Below are positions 24,501 to 38,220 of a stretch of 64,000 nt of DNA, in pieces (within the stretch, counting starts at the first letter, position 1; the number at the start of each line of letters is the position of its first letter). The stretch is taken from the NCBI GenBank assembly GCA_000934665.2, contig JYFJ02001568.1, positions 1 through 64,000 on the forward strand, in the 5' to 3' direction. The position numbers were made by a program, and so were the translations under genes. Below the pieces are notes generated by a model. The model saw only the letters and a program-made list of their open reading frames with translations, was not told the DNA's origin and did no database searches. This DNA comes from Catajapyx aquilonaris. Lineage: Eukaryota.

Positions 24501-26218
24501 GTAAATCTCAGGATTTAACAAAAATAAATACTGTGAGACGCACACCCGCAGGCATTGCAAGGTTTAGCGTGCCAGATGCCCAGGTCCCCAAACGCTCTGG
24601 CAATGCTCGGAGAAGCCACGTTCAGTCGGTTCCAAACTCTTGGAGACGAGGGCGACATAGCAGACTGCGAAATCCTGTTCACAGTGGCTATCGAGATGGA
24701 GAAGGACAACCAGGAAGGTCCTATCCCCAGCCAGCTATCCAGTAGGCACCTACTCACTTTTCCTATAATAATTCGTCATGCCACTAACTTGCTCAACTCC
24801 TCAGAAATGAAGTGGTGGAAGGAGAGGCAAAAGTTGATCAAGGATAACGCAACAATAGATTCGGACAAAGACGCGGGCGTGCCAACAGTACCAGCCACGA
24901 GCAACATTCAATCCCTCAAGTCTTCAGCTGTCGCACCATGTAACTACTTCAAAATACTAAAAGTCATTTAAGCCAAAGATACTTATTGATAAGGGTTGAG
25001 CCTGCGGTCTGTCAGGGGTGAATCATCATCTCTGGTCAGCTAGGTGCATGTAGTACCACTATCACTCACACGACCCTGAGTGTGGCAGTAATTTACGCAA
25101 TTTAAGTGAGGATATGGTACTACGTATAAATCCAGATTCTAAATTTCGCCACCAGCAACCAAACCAAGCACTGCAAAACCAGGGCCTGCAAAACCAGGAC
25201 CAGCAGCACCCCCAGCCAAAAAAGGGCCGGCCTCACCAACCCCAGCCCCGGCCAAGAAAGGGGCAGCGGTCAAGCCCGAAGCCGAGGTGGTGACCCTAGT
25301 ACCGGCTCAAAACCGAGCCGAATTCGTGGATTCCCTCAATAAAATGACGCCCGAAAAGCGCCAGTTCCTAATAGTCGCTGTATGTTACAACTGTCTTACC
25401 TTCCTGGTCCTATATTCACTGAACTAACATTGGTTTCAGGACACCGAAGTGTCCCATTCGACTCATTCAGTGGCGGTCGCTATTCCTCCTGAGGACTGGG
25501 AGTCCGAGACCAATCTGACTCCTAGCACACACTGCAACTCTCCCAGCGCAGTGGCTCACTTGGGGCTGGCTCGTGTCCTGGGTCACAATCGAAAAGACCC
25601 GGTCAAATCATTAGATCTGTACAAGCAGGTCATCTCATTCATGCCTAAGGTACGGCCTAGTACGGTACCCCAAGTGGGGGGCAATTCAACCATCAGCACA
25701 TTTCACATTTTACCTACACTAAAAAAAAAAGCCTTGAATTTCACCATGGTCACATGTGGGTCCAAGTGCTGCATTTTTTTTTTTTTTTTTTGCAGAACCA
25801 CGATGCTTACATCGAAATGGCGGATCTTCTGGAGAGGGAATCGCCTATGGAAGCAGCTGCAGTCCTTATGCGATATCCGTTTCCGCCACCGGAAGCACAA
25901 ACCACGGCTGATGGATACATTCATGGCGAAATAGTACGGATGATTTTCAAGGCGAAGGAATACGATGACCAGAGAGTGGAGAATCACATGGTGTCCTATG
26001 CCAAGATTATGGGAATCAGTCAGTCTATTTTTTTGTGCAAAAAAAATATTTTGCGAGTATTATACACAATTGGCGTTTCAGGTTGTCTGGACAAGTACGT
26101 GCGATTGTTAGAAGACAACTTGAAGATGAAGACTCTCAAGAAAGTCTTTGCGGCCATTAACGGCAAGCCGGTGGATGATCCGGAAATGAAACGCTTCTAT
26201 GACATCCGACATTGGTGA
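21567..26218 (+). CDS. Uncharacterised protein: two N-terminal cadherin-like beta-sandwich domains, degenerate U-box/RING-like and TRAF-type zinc-finger-like segment, TPR-like helical repeats, Pro/Ala/Lys-rich linker
   Basis: 17 exons: 21567-21728, 21788-22001, 22081-22247, 22313-22607, 22671-22816, 22873-23032, 23086-23471, 23617-23777, 23839-24064, 24124-24248, 24307-24496, 24552-24741, 24805-24939, 25156-25379, 25440-25649, 25796-26018, 26082-26218. All are GT-AG with consistent phases. Cadherin-like signature: GKLEPKF...YT...IKVLVIAEDGDSTKTYIVTAKR, repeated as GTLRPEFNPEEFVY...IQVQVASPNESTTQIYTVFVTK. Zinc-finger-like motif: CPFSSYGCSYVGPLRAVASHLKSC. TPR-like segments: AHLGLARVL...SLDLYKQVISFMPKNHDAYIEMADLL. 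Confidence 0.85.
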
Positions 26219-26255
26219 AGCTGTACCGTATGCATTTAAAAAAACTTTACACATC

Positions 26256-26261
26256 AATAAA
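26256..26261 (+). promoter_or_regulatory. Polyadenylation signal of the cadherin-like/TPR gene
   Basis: AATAAA lies 38 nt after the TGA stop. Confidence 0.6.
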
Positions 26262-26296
26262 AAATATTTGGCTGAAATTCATGAAAAATAATCACA

Positions 26297-26302
26297 TTTA
26301 TT
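26297..26302 (-). promoter_or_regulatory. Candidate polyadenylation signal of the FGF gene
   Basis: TTTATT on + (AATAAA on -) lies about 1 kb downstream of the FGF stop codon. Confidence 0.4.
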
Positions 26303-27291
26303 TCTCTACCAGGATTACAAGTGGGATTCTAAATAGGCTCAGACCAGAATATCCATTTCGGTTGTTTAGAGGCTCATGAAGTCGGTATGGGGGGGGGGGG
26401 GGGNGGGGGGGGGGCTACATCATTTTTACCACTAACACTTATGTACAAAAATGCCATAAAAAGCAGCCTTGACACGTCTATTAAGAGGTCGAGTACTAAA
26501 TGCACATCCGTTTAATACATAACTTGAATTGTGAAATTCAGTCGAGGTGAAAAACATGTGGACATTTGTACAGAGGCAACATTTCAGATCTATTTTTCTC
26601 CAGACTAGTAAAAAAGAGTGTACACAGATATATCCAGGTTATGTAAGAAACAGATGCGTCGCTAACTCTAAAACGCGTTCATCTACTGCATCTATCTCTA
26701 TTACGTTACATGTCTAAACTCCATGCTTAACCTTCTTCTTGACTAGCAACGAGTCCTGGAACGTTTGCTGCGTTTAGAGTGCATTACACCAGAATCAGTA
26801 TGGCTCGTAGTTAAAAAAGCTACTGTTTGAACTAATGACATTTTCCTAAGTATAAACTCTGCACAGATGAAGGAGAATTTTCGCAGGAAAAAGTTCAGGT
26901 CTAAAAACAGGTTTTGCATAAGGCAAAACCACTGATAATAAATACTAGCAATAAATAGGAATTTTTTTCAATATTGTCTGGATGACTTGGAAAGTAATGC
27001 CATACCTGCATATGATGTTGACTACAATATTACACAGACTTCAGAAAAAAAACAGTCAGCTGACCCTGGACACATTGTACATTTAAAACATGAGACATTT
27101 GAGTCAATTCTAGAGTCAACTAGATGTTTCAGTGCATTTTAAACGCTCCAGTGCGGCTAAGGCCTACCAGATAGAGAACCTGTGATATTAGTTCAGAACA
27201 GTGGCTCACTGTGGTAGCGTCCTTCAGCGTAGACAGCAAAAGGGGGGGAAATGTGACAATACTGTGCGTACAAGTGACCAACAAAAATGTT

Positions 27292-30200
27292 TCACTCCAG
27301 CTGAGCACTCCCCGGTTCCCCCTCGTGAGATTCGGTAGAGTAGTCTTCGGCCGAATGTACCTCACCGGAAGAAGCAGTCACCTCCATCGAATCCGGCATA
27401 TCAGTCGGTTCCAGCAACAGAGACTCGGCCATCAGCCTCTGGAGTTGCCCTTTCTTCTGCTTCCTCCTCCTGTTCCTCCTCCCGCCATCCTTTCTCCTCC
27501 CCTTGTTCCTCCTCTTGTCCTTCTTCCTCTTCTTGCCTTTACACTTCCTCCCACACTCTTCCTGCTCCTTATAGTCCGGGCTTCTCTCACACTTCCGATG
27601 CCGAGAATGCCGGACTCTGACCATCTCCTCCGGATCAGACCCTTCTCCTCCCAGGATCTGCCTGACAACCTCTTTGTCCACACTTCTGGTCAGGAAGAAG
27701 ATGCTGCTGACCTTCGGCTTCCTGAAGACCTGTCCGGTGTGGTCAGTCGCCGCCACACGCACCCTCCTGCTCTGACCTGTACCGGTCAATGCCAGATACG
27801 ACATCCGCAGACTCGTCGAATACTTCACAGACGAATATGTGTTGTAGCTATTCAGCTGCACATGCTCCTTGAACCTACACTCGTCCGTGAAGTGGTGCTG
27901 GAAAATAAGGCAAAAGGACATCAGTAATCAGGGTGCTGATGGACAACACGCAAAAATATATGCAGTCGGACGAAATTTGGGCGAAATTGTACTGATTTTT
28001 TTTTTGGGCGTACCGGTACAAAATTCGGACGAAACTAAACAGTGGACGAAACATATTTGGGCAGAATTATTCCAGATGGGGCCAACCCTGTGCATGAACA
28101 TGCAAGGCACGTGCTGCCACCTGCCTTGAAATATAGTGAATGAAAAAAGCGTGAAATATGAAAAGTCGGACAGAATGAAACGTCCTGGAGGGTGGTCTTC
28201 AGCTCATATGTTTTACAAAATGTGTTATGATTTTTCTTGCTGAATATTGTGTCTTTGATTCGCCCAGACGAGCCATACCGGTGCCTAAACCCTTCCCAAA
28301 CAGGCCGTAAATCTCAAGTCATGAGGAATTTCTTCGCAGCTCAACTTTCTTGGACACGGTTCAGAATCGAACCGAGGCCCACCCACATGGCCAAGGCACG
28401 CGACCAACTAGACATAAACTTATGCGCTTTTAAAAACTCTCAAAATTTATACGGCCAATTTAAAACTGCTGGTGACTTACAACACCTGGTGCACGAGAAG
28501 TCGTAAAACCGGCGGGGTTTGTGCATACAAATGTAGGTCAATGTGGAACATGCATCAACATATTATATGACGGTAATCTCTTTTCTTCATGTGCCAGACA
28601 TTCAATTTGGATTCCTTGTGCCCTCCGGTCCGATGTAAATTGGGTGGGGTCATGCTGAATCAAAAAGGTGACGTGGACACACCCCCATGTCTCCCCAACA
28701 AAACGAAGGGCACGGCAGGGATAAAATATTTAAGTTAATTGGTCACCAACTGACCTCAAAAATTCAGAATATTATATTAAGGAATGTAGCTCATACTTAA
28801 TATCCGCAGCTAATTTATTCGCTTATTTAGTGCACACCTTTGACACATTGTATTGTCCTGAACTCCTGAACAATACAAGTCAGGTAACGTCTGATCATGT
28901 GAAATCGCCTGAAGCCATCGGTCCATGGGAAAATATCCCAATTTTGGGTCATTAATTGCCCATTTCTGCCCCCACCATCCGCCTATAGGCATCCAATGAA
29001 TAGCCTGTCCAAATAGTTTGTCCACCGAAAAGACCGATCCCTCTCCTGCATCCATTGTGCAGGTGAGAGTGTGCTGAAAGGGACCTCAGCACATAAAAGA
29101 TATGGAAAAAAAAGGAGGCGGAACTTTTTGTGTGGTTCAAAACAGCCCCATTTGCAATTCAAGAAAAAATGCTGGGGGATGATCCCCTTTTTCTGGTGTG
29201 GGAACCACCAGTCAGGTGTTTTGAATTTTTGGAGGAGTTTCCTTCGCACCTTTTCTATTCCGTCCCTCTGTTGGTCAGGACGTGAGAAAGTCGACGATAT
29301 TCTCATGGACTTACCGCGGCATACACTGTACCTCTGCGGTTCATACAGAGGTACAGACAGCTGGCCAGTCCTTCAATCTTCACCTCTCCGTAGCTCACAG
29401 CCGTCCTCAGTAACACGGCTGCAAATACAACAAAAAAAGTGTTAAACACAAAAAAATAATTAAAAATTGTAATGAAGCTTAAATGAGGCTATGTCCACAT
29501 CGTTGGTCCGAAATAACGCGATTTTTGGCATCCTTTGTATCAACTATCGGGTGTCGCAAATGGGATTTTCATGCTCGACTTTTCCTGCATATTTGGATGG
29601 GTGTGGTCCCCTCCTTTTATTTTTTGTGTTTATATTCCACCACATTGACACTCTAGATATGCAGCCATTTAGGAGGTTGATCATTAGAGCCGCTAAAAAC
29701 CTTAAGTTATTGTGCCTTCACTGCTCAAACAGTGGCCGTATATCATTGGCAGGGATCTGAAACCCCCCCCTTCGAAAGCTGGGTAATGAGAATGGGAAGG
29801 TCCATATTTGGTGTGAACCACCAAAAGTATCGCGCCATCTAGGAGTCTCAAACGGACGTGGAAATGGCTGGAATTATACCCTTAACTTTCTCCGTGTGTT
29901 AAGACACAAATATACACACCAGTAAACTGGAGTGTATATTTGTGCTGAATTATGCCCGTAAATGGTGGGGCCATATGTTACGAACGACATTTACTGGTGC
30001 AAGATCCGGTTTTTTACCAATAGAGTCATAACGGTCATATTGCGAAATGAAACATGAATGTTACACGTTTTCGCACTTGGCCCGTACTTTCAAAAGAAGC
30101 TGCGAATTGATATCACAAAATTGGCGTCTCTTTGTCGCCTATATCTGGCTGACTGGATACACCCTTGTTGTGTCACTTTTTAAGGGCTTCATTGTTCCGG

Positions 30201-33200
30201 ATGTGCGATATTTCTGGTAGTAAAACTGTATAATAAAAGTTATGCCGAATCCGTCCGCTATCGTAAATCTTGGTAGTAAACAGCTTCGTGTATTTGTCAC
30301 TTCCTGCTATTACGCTGACCCAACAGCTATAATTCCACATTATCAGTCAGTGATGTCCAGAGGTCAGTACATTGTTTTCAACAACCAGTTCGAAGAAAAG
30401 ATAAGCAGCTTCTTCATATATAACCGGTTGCATCACATTTTCAATAATGGCATATTGTACTATTGCTACTACATGTGACATTTCATCGTAACACCTGATG
30501 GTGTAATCGGTTGCCCAGATCGAAACTGACATTGACTTTTCGACACGCCCATGACACATTTACGACTCAGAAAAAAAAAAGTCGGGCTTTCCCTACCCAA
30601 GAACAGTATTGTAAGCAGAATTTGATAGCATCGAAAATTTTTATAGTTCTCCAGTCCCCACAGAACCGTAATTCGAAATTGTGGGAAAGAGGTCAAGAAA
30701 TCAGCCAAGGAAGACGCAGATTCATTTCCGGCGGTTCCCTTTGTGTCTCGTATTACAATCGGAATATTTATGGGACCTAGCTGAAGTAAACAACATGGGC
30801 GCTCATATTTTATCGGTTCCATTTCAATGACAATGGGCGCACTTCCTGGTGATGAGATAGTGTCAAGAAGTGGATGTCTTCGGAGCATCTATACCTTTGC
30901 ATATAGGCGTAGATATATTTTTGGGTCTTGGAAAAAAAGTGGGTCGAAGGAGGCATGAACGTGACTTATTTTTCTAAGCGGGGTGTGAATGCCATATTTA
31001 ATATTTGGTCGGAGAGTCGTTAAGATCGGGCAGATACTTATGCTTGATTTATTGACAACCGCAATTGTGTTGGAATCATTGGTTCGTTCTGAAGTTAGAA
31101 GCCTGTAAATTTTTGGGGGGAGCCACAGTTACCATCTGCATAGGGGTCCATAAATATTTGGATTTTTTTTTTTTTCCTACTTACCCTGTATCTCCATGTC
31201 GCTCATAGTCACGCTAGGCCAGTTACTTTTCATCCTTGCATGATGCAACCCAAAATACTGGGTTCGCCCCAAACTTTTCTTGATATTTAGTTATTTTGTT
31301 TACACCTAAGGGCTGGTTCGTCTTCGGCAGAATTTTTGTACGTGCAGTACGTTACACATGATGAATAGCTTGTACGACTACCGCTATTTTCCTTGACAAC
31401 AATGTCATATCCGACACTAACCTAAGCCAGCAACTTGTGGCGTCGGTTATCCACAGATTAGAATCGGGTTCACCAGCAGACAAGAAAATAGTGGGTGAGA
31501 TTTCAGCCAAAGCAGTTTCCTTTGGGCCAAAAGACCAGACATTCATCTAACCTGTCAGACAGAAGGAGCAACAATCCCCCATTTAACAGCACGCTTCTAG
31601 ATATTTTTTTTTCATTCCTTCAGCTTCCCGCAGAGGTCTTCATGTGGAGATGTTTTAAATTTTTTTTATTTCAAAAAAAGGGCACGGCGACCTTCTTCGG
31701 ATGGCACTGACATATGCAACACACGCACTCTAAGGTGTAAAACAATATTTCCGGGGTCACGGGGTGTTACCTGTGATAAGTTGCGTATACTATTTTTAAC
31801 TACCCAGCTTGGAAAATATTGTTGCAGAGGAATTATGAGCCCGGTTGACAAGTCAAGGGAAGAGAAAAAAGTCTGACTTTTTTTTTTTTTTTTTACAATT
31901 TTCTCTGTAATTTTTCCAGAACGCGACCAGAATTTTTCTTAAAGAAGGAGCTTTTGTTCGCTGAATAGTCGGCTGAATAATTTTTTTTTGTAAATCACAT
32001 TTCGTGTAAAGTAATGCCGGAAAATACAAGGTGATTCAACACAGCAGGCTTCTCTTCACGTGAAGACCCGTTTGTATGCAGATTATATTCCCCTTGAAAA
32101 ACACGTGTCACCAAAATTTACCATCACACAATGCGCATGTTTGAAATTCATAACAATTGTCTTCAGAAGCCTATCCATAAAGATACTTTCCACGAAGATG
32201 AAATCACAATATCAGCAATTATTCCAATGGCTGCTGATTTACGGACAAAGCCTTAATTTCTGGGCATACTAATTACGGAGGTCACCCACGCAAATGAGGG
32301 TCTGTGGGCGTGGGTTGAGCTCAAAAAAATTATATGGTCAACACGAGGCAACGTTTCTTACGAAATGAGTCACATTCCTCCCTTAATTTTTGTCAACCCC
32401 TGTAAATTACTCCCCACTGTTACACCCTGAATACTTAATTATTTACAAATTAGCAATATTTACGCCCGTTTGCAATGAAGGTCACCTAATTGTGCTGATT
32501 GGTCACGAAGCACCGCTTCTAAGGGGGCGAGGTCACACTTCGAGTGGCACAACTTCCAGTAAAATAAACACTCCTTAGTTTGAAGATTTATTACAAGGGG
32601 TTGGGCAACGGAATATTTATGCAGTAGCTGACATTTAAAAAAAAAATTTCAACAAAAATATGTTGCGCCTCACATTTCTGCAACTTGTACGTCATTGCGA
32701 ATGGGTTAGTGGCCTATATTCAAGGATAAGAAGGTGTGACCTTGATCATGAAAAGTAGGTGCGACAATGTTTCAATATTAATGCTGGCTGTAGCAACCCG
32801 GAAAGATCTGGTATAGTTAGGCAATGGGTCATTGTTTCCCCCACCTTTACAGTCTTGGGTCTATGCCATAGCGACAGCATGGTTGACCCATGGTGCGAAA
32901 ATAGTCCCAGTGTGCCATTCTTAAACCGATACAGAATTAGCACCTTGCATTCCACTAAATAATCCCCTCATTTGTAGTTACATTACGACAAAAAGCATTA
33001 TTTGCCTACATTTCACGATTCTGAAAAAGAGAGAAAAGAAATCGGGATTTTTGAACCCAATATTTTCGCTTAGTGACGACGACACTTTTATGCAAACCGG
33101 GTGCAAATTTAATGACAGCCTGATACCCTTGATGTAAATTCAAGTCGAAAGTGAAGAAATGCCAGGTCGTCACATGAAGCCAAGCCAAGCATCCGAAAAA

Positions 33201-36200
33201 TAGTCTGGACCATTTCCAGCAGACGGCAGACGACAAGGTCTCGGGGAGTCACAGGACGAGACACTGTCCCGTTGTCATCACTATACCCATCCGAATTATT
33301 TCGTACAAAAATTCGTATCGTCTATTACAAAACCAGTTTAATCGTACTGAACATTAGTTACTGGCCCAACCAGATTTTTCCTGCAACTTTTTCAGTAACG
33401 CATGTCCTGCAAGTTGCATTCACTGACCTCGCAAATTGATATTCTGTTCATGTTGCATGACCATACATCTCTTTTTTATAGCCAAATGCATTTGTCTACA
33501 AAGTCATAACGCGGCGGTCAGATCGTAAAGGCAGTGACGCCTTCCCAGTAAATCATATTTAAGCTCAAAAATTGCCAGTTTTTTGACCGCCGCCATATTG
33601 ACATATTGATGGAGAGGCAATTTTGTACTATTTACTTTCCTAATTAATCTCGCCATGTAGTTTCAGCAGCCAACTGCTTCTCTCATCAGACCGCACGTCC
33701 ATTAGTGAAAGTTGGGGGGGAACTTGGAAACTTTTTCCAAAAACTTTTTTTTGGGGGGAGAAGCTCCCATCAACACTCACTCTAACTGATGGACATGACC
33801 TTTTTTGCCCTTTTTCCGAATGAACCAATGACTCTCTCAATGTCCGGAAGTCTAATAGGCAGGAACAGGCGTATCGAATGCCATTCCATGACATGTGTAA
33901 TCCATCCTGGGAATTGTCCCAAAAAACTGTCCTGGACATCACAACATTGCCAAAGTTTGGTGACAGCCCTCCTATTTTTTCTGATGTTTTTTTTTTCGGA
34001 AATTCCCAAGGGACTTCTCATGTACACCACATTAAACTGAGTGTCTCGATTCTTCCATTCGGATGCATCTGAAGTGTCTGGGGGCCATGTCTATCGCTAT
34101 AGCCAGCTGCTATAATTTGGAAAGAAAAAAATTTGGTTTCCGTTAAGTACCTCGTAGCATAAAAAAATTCCAAGCATTTGGGTACAAAATGAGATATTTC
34201 AAGAAGTGAGGCTAATGTCACGCCCGGTTGGTTTTCCAGGTAGGAACCCCTGACCATTGTTGGTCCGATCAAAAGCCTCGTTTGTGTCCATTCAACGTCT
34301 TTGGCCAGGCAAAGTTAGCGCCGGCCATGGCAGATGGGCAGGTTGGTCCTTTCTTTTGTGGGCCAGGACATTAAAGTTTTGGGAAGCAGCACCTTTCGGA
34401 GCCAAATAAATACGAAAAAATCATTGCCGCTAAAGGCTCCCTTTGTATACGTGCACAGTATGTGACTGAAAAATATTTGGTTTGTCAAAGCAATGACACA
34501 AGTCACGTACGCATCTCGTTACACACTGACTTACATATAACCTTCTCGAGGTCGGACATCAAGAGTTGAAAGGCCTCTTCATGATTTTGCCCGGCTGGCT
34601 TAGCACTGCGATGCGCTATCACGTGTTATGTCATTGCCCACCCTATATGTGCAGTCACGTTCGCGCAAAACATACCCGAGAAGACCATATATGCGAATGG
34701 TATAATAAATCGTGATCGTCTGGGCGGTCTGGAGGTGAAGGTCTTACATAACATCCTGGAACGACTAAGCACAATTTTCTCATTAAAATCGCATTAATAA
34801 TTCATTAAACATACCTGCTGCAGGCAATATTTGGCCAAAACATTAGCCACAATTTGCAGCAGGAATATCGTTCAACACATATGGTCAGATGGATTGTTTA
34901 TACTGTTTTTGTTGCGTGGACCGCAATTTTTTCAACGCAATTGATCCCAAACGCACTTTAATAAATAACGTATCGACGACTCAATTCAACTCAGACGTCA
35001 TTTGTCATCATAAAAGCGGACGTGCACTTGGCACCAGGATTTTCCGAGCAGTTTGTCCGACCAGTTACATCCATTTGTTTCCCGTTTCTTCGGCCGAGCA
35101 ATCCGCAAAATATTGCGGTCTATACGCAACGGTCTACGTCATATTCAATCGAATCCTACTGAAGGACATTTTTTGTCGAAAAAAAAAATGGCTGAGGAAG
35201 TCTCATAGGTCTAGCAATATGCCGAAAACAAGCCCATCAAACCCGCCCTGTAATTTTCGCCTCCGATTCGTAACGTGTCACATAAAAAAAAAATATGTGC
35301 GAAAGAGCCAAGGCCGGACCGGCAATTAAGTTAGGCCCCGACCTTTTTACATAATTGGCCGTGGCATTCGGGAGACCATGCTGGTTACATGTGAAGGCAT
35401 CCTAGGTGTCATCTGTTACGCCTAGTTTGCAGCAAAAATTTGAAAATATATTGGCAAATAAGTTGGGGGACTCAAAAAAAATGTCACCGCCACGTGCTGC
35501 CATTTTCCTCCAAAAATAGGTCCATTTCTGAAACTCTGAGCCCAAAAACCAAATTTATGTCCCCCCAAAAACCTACTCTCACCCTGACAAGATAAAAGTT
35601 TTCCAATGGGAACCATTTTTTCTTTCAAATCGCTCAGTACTTCAGCTAAGTGCTTCAAGTGAGATAACTCTATTGGTCACAATGTTAAGATTTCGATGGT
35701 TCGTTTGGGTTTCCCTAAGCACAGGTTATGAATGGGCAGGCAGGTGGTACTGACCGAGAAAGAATAGACTATATGGATCCCATCCAACTTTTTTTTTTTT
35801 TTTTGAGAAGCTACGTGCAGGAAATTCTCTCTCAATACTTGAGTACAGTACAGGCTTAATTTCATTGCTGGCCATTGAACTGCAATCGCACCCAGAAACA
35901 TGGCCATCCCAGGTTCAGTTTCTGGTCCGGATGCTACAGTTCTATGAATCTGACTTCCCCAAAAGGATATTGACCCCAATTAAATAGGATAGTTTTAACA
36001 AGTAGCTGTCGAGTGATAGCATGTACTATAGTGCCATTTCTGGTGGTCGAAATTTCGTTACACGTGCCCCCATGCTGACGTGGTGTCTGGAAAATAGACG
36101 CCGGGCGCCGAGAGCTGACCGCGACGGAAGGTTCCATTAACTTAATATGGAAACTGAGGGTTGACAGTTTTTCAGACTGGGATCGGAGTTATCATCCTTT

Positions 36201-38220
36201 TTCCCTGGCTGTCGCCAAAATTATTGCTGGCATTACTGCCAATTCTATTAAGACACCGGGGGGGACCAGTCTCGCAGTGGGGGATGGGCGCTATAAAAGG
36301 ACTTATCTACAAAGTGGGTCAGAATTACAACTTTTTTTAAGCATGGAAATGTCCTTTAAAGGAAATGTTCTAGTCAACTTGCTGCAACAGCTGTACTGTT
36401 TTTGTGTCCGGTGATAAATGCCAAACCGCCAGGTTTTTATCTCAATTCCAGAGAAAACCACGCACGGCAGAGGTGTCTAGTAAAAATTCTTGGAATGTGT
36501 ACACTTAATAAGCAAAAAATATATATTACAGTGACATCAGTCAAAAAACTGCCGGAAAATATCATCACCTAATATGGATGCCCCATAGATTTGATCCGAC
36601 CTGAACTGACCACAGTTAATCTTATCCTGGCATGTTCCATGAAATTCAACTGCACGCGATGTTAAAGCCACATGCTTTCGGTTTCTCACTTTAAAAAAAA
36701 TTTAAGGACCAATTACCGGTTTTACGATCCGGAAGTTCAGTCTCTGTTTCCCCCACCTTAGAACATATTTTTTGGAGGAAGTCCGCACCTTTCGGAAATC
36801 ACTAGTGACACCAGCGCAGTCTGGAAGCATTTTTTTTTTTGAAGAGGGACGTCCCACATGATTATGTCCCACTAAAAATGGCAGTGAAGTGAACCAGACG
36901 AGCATTTTTTTTCGACTAATGCATATTCTCAACGGCACCTGCCATCAACCTCAAAAAAGTCCCCCCTCTTCTCAATTTGAATGGCGGGGTCGTGATTCAC
37001 ACAGCAGGAGTCAGAACGAGCCTGTTCCGATATAAGAGTTATATTAAAAAAAACTATTTAAAAAAAAAGTTGGCGATGACATTTGTCATTTGTCTTCATC
37101 CGGTCGTGTCACTTTATGTCAATAATGTGCCGGGTATAAACACCACGGGGTTGCTTATCCAATAATAGCCACGCCGGGCTATCAAATAAAATTGTTTCGT
37201 AAAATATGACCAGTGAAATTTCGCTCGTTGAATATTTTAAAGGCAACAATTACTATGAAAAGCTGCATATTTGAGCGAAAACTATATTTCCACCGGAAAA
37301 TATCTTTGGACCAAAAAACATATCCCAAAACATTTTGGAATTTCAAAGCAACCCTTTCTGGACTGGTTTCCCTATCTCCTTAAATCATCAAGAGTGCTCC
37401 CCCCAAAATGATGTCGCAACAAATTAACACCTCCATCTGATTTGGTGGGGTCCACGAGAGAAAAGGGGATAAACATCCGGAGCCCCTCCCACGAGTATAT
37501 AAAAATTTTCTGAACGTGATTTATGTGACACCCTATATTCTTCAGGTTTGGCACTACCGTTTTGTTATGGTGCCTCCAGCCGCAATTTTTGGCTCATAGT
37601 GACGCAATAAAAAAATTATATTACCGCGCCCTCTCTGCTCTATGCAAATGTAAAATATTCGTCCAGACCTTCAGCAGCTTTTATGTACTATAAATTATGC
37701 TCAGCATGATGATGTTCATCATGTGGTTCGGTTAATTTATGGCGGAGACAATACACACGGGGGAACCACTGTTTTTGTTTATTTACTGTCTGGTTTGACC
37801 TCTGCAATACCGTCATACTGTATATGAACTATGATGGGAGAACTTACCATAAGTGCTGTTCCTGTCCGTGGTACCGTTGACGGTACCGTCCGGAAGTATC
37901 TGCAGATGATTTCCATGCTTCCCGAAGAGCATACAAGTCTTGCTGGATCCAACCTGCTGGGACAAGTTGGTTCCTCTGAAGGCCCTGTCACCAATCCCAG
38001 CTCTGTTTTCGGCCACCACATCGTCGAACTTTCCCTGTTGGTGCTGGATGGTCGTAGGTCGCCTTCCTTTGGTCAGCTTGGTCAGCATCCCATGACTCGA
38101 CATCTGGGTCAGGTCCGTTTTCAGCTCGAAGGCCATTGTCCCTCTTCCTCCGGACACTACCACCATTGTCGTCACAATCACTAAGAAGAGGAGCCCCCAA
38201 GGGCATAGGGCACAATGCAT
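27292..38220 (-). CDS. bnl: Fibroblast growth factor, Branchless-like, with signal peptide and basic C-terminal tail (about 360 aa)
   Basis: Three exons: 38220-37848 (phase 1), 29418-29315 (104 nt, the canonical FGF exon-2 size) and 27897-27292. Core: HLQILPDGTVNGTTDRNSTY|AVLLRTAVSYGEVKIEGLASCLYLCMNRRGTVYAA|HHFTDECRFKEHVQLNSYNTYSSVKYSTSLRMSYLALTGTGQSRRV. The N-terminus is hydrophobic (WGLLFLVIVTTMVVVSG). CLYLCM and YLAL.G.GQ.RR are Branchless-like. FGF identity is secure; the subfamily label is less so. Confidence 0.88.

Noticed and set aside
27211..27927. 238-aa Pro/Leu-rich plus-strand ORF
   Set aside because: Antisense shadow of the purine-rich FGF last exon.
29905..29944. 40-nt hairpin CACAAATATACAC-A-CCAG-TAAA-CTGG-A-GTGTATATTTGTG in FGF intron 1
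   Set aside because: Too short for a pre-miRNA, with no supporting context; could be chance or a transposon remnant.
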